11,679 nt of DNA from Octopus sinensis (taxonomy: Eukaryota): assembly GCF_006345805.1 (NCBI RefSeq), contig NW_021826830.1, positions 1-11,679 on the forward strand. The letters are read 5' to 3'. Made by a program: the position numbers and the translations under genes. Shown here in pieces: positions 8,739 to 11,679 of the stretch; the stretch's first letter is position 1, and every line of letters starts with the position of its first letter. The notes beneath the pieces are model-generated. The model was not told the DNA's origin and ran no database searches. It saw nothing but the letters and a program-made list of their open reading frames with translations.

Positions 8739-8956
8739 TAATCCTTTCTTATTACTAATACAAGGTCTGAAATTTTCGGCGAGAGGATTAAGAGATTATA
8801 TTAATCCCAGTATTCAACTGATACTTATTTTATCGCTCCGGAAAGGATGAATGTCAAAAATCTACCTTGGCGGAATTTGAACCCAGAGCGTCAAGACGGA
8901 CAAAATACCGCTCAGCATTTTACTCCGAATGCTAACGACTCTGCCAGCTCACCGCC
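8739..8956 (-). mobile_element. tRNA-derived SINE, family B, near full length and diverged
   Basis: Minus strand reads GGCGGTGAGCTGGCAGAGTCGTTAG (A box, 8946-8932) ... GGTTCAAATTCC (B box, 8883-8872) ... CGATAAAATAAGTATCAGTTGAATACTGGG ... AAATTTCAGACCTTGT ... GAAAGGATTA. Confidence 0.87.
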
Positions 8957-9220
8957 TCATGCTCACAACTAACCATCCGTCCTCTAATCTACATCTCCCC
9001 TTCGTATTAAATTAAGATTATAACAGTTAACTCCATGTTGCTCTCGGTAATCAGTAAAACGTGTTTATTACCAGAAACAACATGTCTCTGTCTGTTGATT
9101 TGTGTTTGTGTTGTGCATCCGAAAAAGCTGCCTTTATTAAAATTTTAATTGCTGTGTAAAATTCTACGAAACTTATTGTCTCATCAACAATTTATTTCTC
9201 ATAATCCATAATCCTCTCCA

Positions 9221-9402
9221 TAGCTCACTTTCAAACCAATTTCAGTCCCGCTGCGCTGCACTTTGGACATGAGTCTCCAACTATAGACCCGGATTTGACA
9301 CAAAATAAGTACTGGGGACAGTTTATTCGACTAAAACGACTAAAATCCTTCAAAGCGGTGCCCCAGCATGACCGCAGTCCAATGACTGAAACAAGTAAAA
9401 GA
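9221..9402 (+). mobile_element. Old, internally deleted copy or relative of SINE family A
   Basis: 9241-9292 aligns ungapped to the family A head (TTCAGTCCC...CTATAG..CGG). The sequence then jumps to AATAAGTACTGGGG and the 3' end GCGGTGCCCCAGCATGACCGCAGTCCAATGACTGAAACAAGTAAAAGA. Contains a 9-bp tandem duplication CGACTAAAA at 9328-9345. Confidence 0.85.
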
Positions 9403-9831
9403 AATGATAAAGCACCATTTAAAGGTATTATAGCGCTTCTTGAAGAAAAATTCAAATATATTCCTTAGTATCAGAGATCTGGGAGTATCGTTTTGGCAAA
9501 ACTCATTTCCCCAGGGTAACAAATGAATCAAGGTTCTCAACTTCATGGCTAAGGATGACGATCTCAGATTCAACCATCATCAATTTGGATCCATTTGTTG
9601 AATCTTCTTGCTATCTTCGAATTAACTAAGGGTCTGTGGGCCTCGAGTTCTCTTCCGGTTTGATTTAAGGTGGGTATTGACTCCTTTAGTATACTCGCTC
9701 ACTGGCAGTAATGGCATGTGCTTGGACTTGTCCTTTCCCAATTCTAAGTGCCTTCCAAGTCTGTTTAGTTCTTTTTGCTATACTGCTAGTGGAGTTGTCA
9801 ATATAGTAGTGCCCTCTCTTAGAGACGTGAC

Positions 9832-10212
9832 TTGTTGGCACTCCGTCGTTTACGACGACGAGGGTTCCGGTTGATCCGATCAACGGAACAGCCTGCCTGT
9901 GAAATTAACGTGCAAGTGGCTGAGCACTCCTCAGACACGTCTAACCCTTAACGTAGTTCTCAGGGAGATTCAATGTGATGCAGAGTGTGTCAAGGCTGGC
10001 CCTTTTAAATACAGGCACAACAGAAACAGGAAGTAAAAGTGAGAGTAAGTTGTGGTGAAACAGTACAGCAGGGTTCGCCACCATCCCCTGCCGGAGCCTC
10101 GTGGAATTTTAGATGTTTTCGCTCAATAAACACTCACCACGCCCGATCTAGGAATCGAAACCGCGATCCTATGACCGCGAATCCGCTGCCCTAACCACAG
10201 GGCCATTGCGCC
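9832..10212 (-). mobile_element. tRNA-derived SINE, family D, apparently full length
   Basis: Minus strand head GGCGCAATGGCCCTGTGGTTAGGGCAGCGG with A box (10205-10195) and B box GTTTCGATTCC (10161-10151). Followed by TTGAGCGAAAACA, a unique body, and a structured 3' end ...GTTCCGTTGATCGGATCAACCGGAACCCTCGTCGTCGTAAACGACGGAGTGCCAACAA. Confidence 0.88.
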
Positions 10213-10644
10213 TCTACATTGCGCCTTAAACCAAAAGGTTTAAGGTGCTTCACTCGCAGTGGCCATACATCATGTGAAACACTAACCCGGAATGTCTAAA
10301 ACTCCACGTTCTTGCTAGACAGTCGTTGGTTCTACAGAGGGTTCATCCTTTCTTTTGACACGTATTACTTATGTCCTTCTAGGATTCCTCACCCGCTAAG
10401 ACTGGTAGGAGAGTCAGTCTATTTGCTAACGATCGACTATTCTGTTTGCTGTGCGGATTCCATATTATTCCGCAGCAGCACACGTGAGTAACCTGTCACT
10501 GCTTCAGTAATAGAAGGGTAATAAATTATAATATCTATAAATTTCTGCTATACATTATTTATTATACTCATCCAGGTTAGAACTGACTTGTTATCATTCC
10601 GTTCAGTTAGCGCAGATTTCCTCTAATTTTAAGTACTATATTGT

Positions 10645-10750
10645 CCAAAGCCTGCTGAAAAACACTTACCTAACGTGCGACAAAGTGGGACTGAACGCGG
10701 AACCTTATTGCTGGGAACCGAACTTCTTACCACACAGCCAGACCAGTGCC
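10645..10750 (-). mobile_element. Old 5' fragment (tRNA head) of SINE family A
   Basis: Minus strand GGCACTGGTCTGGCTGTGTGGTAAGAAGTTCGGTTCCCAGCAATAAGGTTCCGCGTTCAGTCCCACTT...TAGGTAAGTGTTTTTC; A box 10740-10730, B box-like 10696-10687. Confidence 0.82.
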
Positions 10751-10794
10751 TTATATCGGCAAGTGTATATGTGCGTCAGATAAACTCAAGTGGA

Positions 10795-11195
10795 CTTTAC
10801 TCTCTTTACTCCTTTACTCTTCGCTGGAGCACCGCCTTTAATCGAGCAACTCGACCCCGGAACTTATTCTTTTGTAAGCCCAGTACTTATTCTATCGGTC
10901 TCTTTTGCCGAAACGCTAAGTAACGGGGACATAAACACACCAGCATCGGTTGTCAAGCAATGTTAGGGGAACAAACACAGCCACAAAAATACACACACGC
11001 ATATATGTATATATATATATATACATATATACGACGGGCTTCTTTCAGTTTCCGTCTACCAAATCCACTCGCAAGGCTTTGGTCGGCCCGAGACTATAGT
11101 AGAAGACACTTGCCCAAGGTGCCACGTAGTGGGACTGAACCCGGAACCATGTGGTTGGTAAACAAGCTTCTTTACCACACAGCCACTCCTGCGCC
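10795..11195 (-). mobile_element. tRNA-derived SINE, family A, intact promoter, deletion near the 3' end
   Basis: Minus strand head GGCGCAGGAGTGGCTGTGTGG (A box 11185-11175) and B box GGTTCAGTCCC (11141-11131). Has the internal (TA)/(TG) tract and ends GCGGTGCTCCAGC|GAAGAGTAAAGGAGTAAAGAGAGTAAAG. Confidence 0.95.
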
Positions 11196-11524
11196 ACAGG
11201 ACTTATTGAATATAAATTCACATGGAACACGAAATACAGAGTTTCCCATAATCTTTAATTTGTAAACACTTGTAAATATACTTCTTAAACCAACTTGTTT
11301 ATCTGCTTCTCTGCTTCCATACCCGTTCGACGCGAATCGTTCTCTTAGTGACTTTTCTAAACCGGAGTTGCCTGGCCAGAACGTCGGAGCTGGAATATAA
11401 ACCGACATTTATCTGAGCACTTTGCCATGAATAACCATAACAAGCTTTACAACACAAAGGCATACACACCCTGTGAGTGTGTATGCTTAAATATGTGTAT
11501 GTGCGAATAGGAAATGAATAATTT

Positions 11525-11546
11525 GCATGCGTGTATGTATGTATGC

Positions 11547-11615
<69 letters not shown>

Positions 11616-11679
11616 ATATATAATGTATGTATATATATATGTATGTATATATATATATATGTATGTATGTATGTATGTA
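11525..11679. repeat. Compound (TATG)n/(TA)n microsatellite running off the window end
   Basis: Read directly. Confidence 0.97.

Noticed and set aside
10444-10483. Imperfect ~15-bp hairpin, considered as a possible pre-miRNA
   Set aside because: At 40 nt total with a bulge and mismatches, it is too short for a pre-miRNA.
3669-11195. Recurring near-identical blocks as a possible CRISPR array or segmental duplication
   Set aside because: Irregular spacing, both orientations and Pol III heads identify them as dispersed SINE copies in a eukaryotic context.

Overview
Eukaryotic, AT-rich, non-coding (intronic or intergenic) DNA. The repeat families and the dense microsatellites point to an octopus (coleoid cephalopod) genome; this is inferred from recalled resemblance, not from a database search. 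No intact protein-coding gene, tRNA, rRNA or CRISPR array is supportable, and every ORF in the supplied track is a by-product of microsatellites or retroposons. The window holds nine tRNA-derived SINE copies from four families: A at 3669-4030(+), 5836-6240(+), 7577-7685(+), 9221-9402(+), 10645-10750(-) and 10795-11195(-); B at 8739-8956(-); C at 638-977(+); D at 9832-10212(-). It also holds two decayed LINE 3' ends that the ORF track misses: a CR1/L2-group-like ORF2 C-terminus at 3345-3611(-), and an R4/Dong-like C-terminus plus 3'UTR at 6338-6628(+) that runs into a ~580 bp GAT/GAC array. A further probable LINE 3'UTR fragment lies at 8223-8738. The most interesting observation is that the 3' terminus of the CR1/L2-like remnant matches the 3' terminus of SINE family A, which nominates it as that family's partner LINE. 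I see no evidence for a wholly new biological system.
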